NCBI GenBank assembly: GCA_963712745.1
Contig: CAVQJC010000020.1
Location: 480,001-544,000, forward strand
Source: an uncultured Chloroflexia bacterium
Lineage (GTDB): Bacteria > Chloroflexota > Limnocylindria > Limnocylindrales > CSP1-4
Direction: 5' to 3'
Length of the DNA: 64,000 bases
Shown here piece after piece: positions 62,093 to 64,000 of this stretch. The position numbers and the translations under genes were made by a program. Under the pieces are notes generated by a model. The model saw nothing but the letters and a program-made list of their open reading frames with translations. It was not told the DNA's origin and made no database searches. Numbering within the stretch: position 1 is the stretch's first letter; each line of letters opens with the position of its first letter.

Positions 62093-63259
62093 ATGCCGAC
62101 AGGGAATCAGATCGTTCCGGACCAGGCTCGTACAGCCGACGTGCTGGCACGCATCGGGGCCGCCTACCGGCACGAGGATGTGCCGGGACCGGCGGTCCTC
62201 ATCGGCGACGCCAACTACTGGATCACCGGCGAGGATCCGGCCCTCATCCCAAGCGACTACTTCGACGACGGCGCCTTTGACACGATGCTGGCCTTCCAGG
62301 AGGCCAAGATCGCGGCGCACCTCGCGAACATCCCCGATGACGTGTACATCCCCTACCTCTTTCCCTGGTATGGCACCGGCGTAGTGCCCTCGGCCATGGG
62401 CTGCCGCATCCTCTTCCAGCGCGGCGAAGAGCCGGCCGTCGAGGGTCCCTTCATCGACGACCCCGCAGACGTCGCCCGGCTCGAGCTCCCCCATCCGCAG
62501 CGAGATGGGCTGATGCCCCGGGTGCTCGCCTGCATCGACCACTTCCGGGCCCACTCCGCCCTGCCCATCAGCTTCACCGACAGCCAGGGCCCCCTCAATA
62601 TCGCCCTCAACCTGGTGAGCCTCGAACGCCTGTGCATCTGGATGTTCGAGCGCCCCACTGTCGTCCACGACCTGATGGACCTCTGCACCACCGCGCTCAT
62701 CGAGTGGATCCGAGTGCAGAAGGAGCGCGCGCGGACGCCGCTCGACAGAGGCGCGTTTCCGCACATGATCGCCATACCGCCCGGGTTCGGCGGGGTTTGG
62801 CTCTCCGACGACGACAGCACCGTGCTCTCACCCGAGCTCTATCGCGAGTTCGTGGTGCCCTACAACGGTCGCGTCTTCGAGGTCTTCGGTGGGGGCACGC
62901 TGCACTACTGCGGCAACGCCCGTCACCAGCTGCAGAACTACCTGGCTACGCCCGGGCTGGTGGGGCTCAACGCCTGGTGCATGGGTGAGTTCGGGCAGAT
63001 CTTCGAGGCCCAGCGGATCATCGGTGACCGGGCGGTGATCATGGTCTGCGACTACACGCCCACCGATGTGGAGGCCTACTTCCGCGACCTCTTCGCGGGC
63101 CTGCGCACGCGTGGAACGATCGTTGCCACCTACCCGTCGGCAGCCACCGCGCTCAACTACGGCACCGCGCAGGTGGTACCCGTCCGGCGTGACTCGGTCG
63201 CGACCGCGCGACGCGCGTGGGAGACCATCGCCCGCGTCAGTGAAGGGAGCAGTCGATGA
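62093..63259 (+). CDS. UroD/MtaA-CmuA superfamily protein
   Basis: TDSQGPLNIA, SDDDSTVLSPELYREFVVPY, LHYCG; GGGAGG RBS before ATG 62093. Confidence 0.82.
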   Translation: MPTGNQIVPDQARTADVLARIGAAYRHEDVPGPAVLIGDANYWITGEDPALIPSDYFDDGAFDTMLAFQEAKIAAHLANIPDDVYIPYLFPWYGTGVVPSAMGCRILFQRGEEPAVEGPFIDDPADVARLELPHPQRDGLMPRVLACIDHFRAHSALPISFTDSQGPLNIALNLVSLERLCIWMFERPTVVHDLMDLCTTALIEWIRVQKERARTPLDRGAFPHMIAIPPGFGGVWLSDDDSTVLSPELYREFVVPYNGRVFEVFGGGTLHYCGNARHQLQNYLATPGLVGLNAWCMGEFGQIFEAQRIIGDRAVIMVCDYTPTDVEAYFRDLFAGLRTRGTIVATYPSAATALNYGTAQVVPVRRDSVATARRAWETIARVSEGSSR

Positions 63260-64000
63260 GCCAGCAGCACGGGTCGATGACCGGCCGCCAGCGCTTCGAG
63301 GCGGTGTTCCGGGGCGAGCTGCCCGACCGCGTCCCGGTAACGCTCTTCATCCAAGACCAGGGCCACTTCATCAGCCAGCTCCACCCCCATATCGACCCCT
63401 GGGACTCACTGTCGCTTCAGCTCAAGACGGTCGGATTCCAGCGTGAGCTGGGCGCGGACATCATGGCCCGGCTGCTCTTCGGCACACTCGCCGAGTTCCA
63501 GTGGATGCTCCTTGGCGGCCTCGACGTGAGCCGCTCCACCGACGACTGGCAGGTGGAGACGTCGGAGCGGCGAGAGGGGCGGACGACCGTTCGGAGCTCG
63601 GTCATCCATACGCCCGAGGGCGACCTCGAACAGGAGTACTCGATCGACGAGATCCGTCCGGGCACGCTCATGTATGCCTGCACCAAGAAGCCCGTCCACA
63701 GCCGCGAGGACCTCGAGCTGGTCGCCGCCTACGAGCCGGGCATGCGGCCGGACTACCCCGATCGCGTGGCTCGCATGGTCGCCCCCATCCGAGAGGCGGT
63801 CGGTGACGACGGCTGGGTCGGCGTGTGGGCCCCGCACGGCCCCTTCAACATGGCTTCACTGCTGGTCACCGAGGACGTCCTCTACTCGCTCTTCTACGAG
63901 GATCCCGACGTACTACCGACGGCTGATGGAGGTGTCGTTGGCACGAGTGCACGACTACACTCGGGCGCTCGACGCGCCGGGCGTGGACATCCTCTTCGTC
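63256..64000 (+). CDS. UroD-superfamily protein, partial at window end, apparent frameshift near 63910
   Basis: ATGA overlap; MTGRQRFEAVFRGELPDRVPV, TPEGDL, GPFNMAS; protein-like sequence (YYRRLMEV..GVDILFV) continues in the +1 frame. Confidence 0.78.
   Translation, partial: MSQQHGSMTGRQRFEAVFRGELPDRVPVTLFIQDQGHFISQLHPHIDPWDSLSLQLKTVGFQRELGADIMARLLFGTLAEFQWMLLGGLDVSRSTDDWQVETSERREGRTTVRSSVIHTPEGDLEQEYSIDEIRPGTLMYACTKKPVHSREDLELVAAYEPGMRPDYPDRVARMVAPIREAVGDDGWVGVWAPHGPFNMASLLVTEDVLYSLFYEDPDVLPTADGGVVGTSARLHSGARRAGRGHPLR

Overview
A 64-kb, very GC-rich bacterial chromosomal segment of mostly core metabolism. The gene style is reminiscent of Chloroflexota/Actinomycetota-like soil bacteria; that placement is inference only. 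It carries leuCD-ilvD, a MarR gene divergent from fabD-fabF-(C5-epimerase-like)-fabF, a copper P1B-ATPase, 2-oxoacid:ferredoxin oxidoreductase alpha/beta, argCJB, argGH and argR with ARG boxes, dapB-dapA-dapD-lysA, a thrC-like gene, amtB flanked by a response regulator and a GAF histidine kinase, metC and metH. It ends with a GntR-led catabolic cluster (SIS, FAD oxidoreductase, ROK kinase, phosphotriesterase-like) plus four UroD/MtaA-superfamily genes. No rRNA, tRNA, CRISPR array or intact transposase was recognised. The most notable signal is non-coding. Two neighbouring biosynthetic units (dapBADlysA and the thrC-like gene) each have a 20-codon leader peptide with candidate sensing codons at positions 8 and 10 (Lys-x-Lys and Met-x-Met). 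Both leaders share one RNA architecture: a GCC-bulged antiterminator, a stop-codon hairpin and a terminator. This looks like a family of ribosome-mediated attenuators used where lysine and SAM riboswitches would be expected. Other points of interest are an archaeal-type ACT/DUF5612 protein divergent from argC, a PtsP-like GAF kinase around a glnK-less amtB, a REP-like repeat mosaic and frequent leaderless gene starts.
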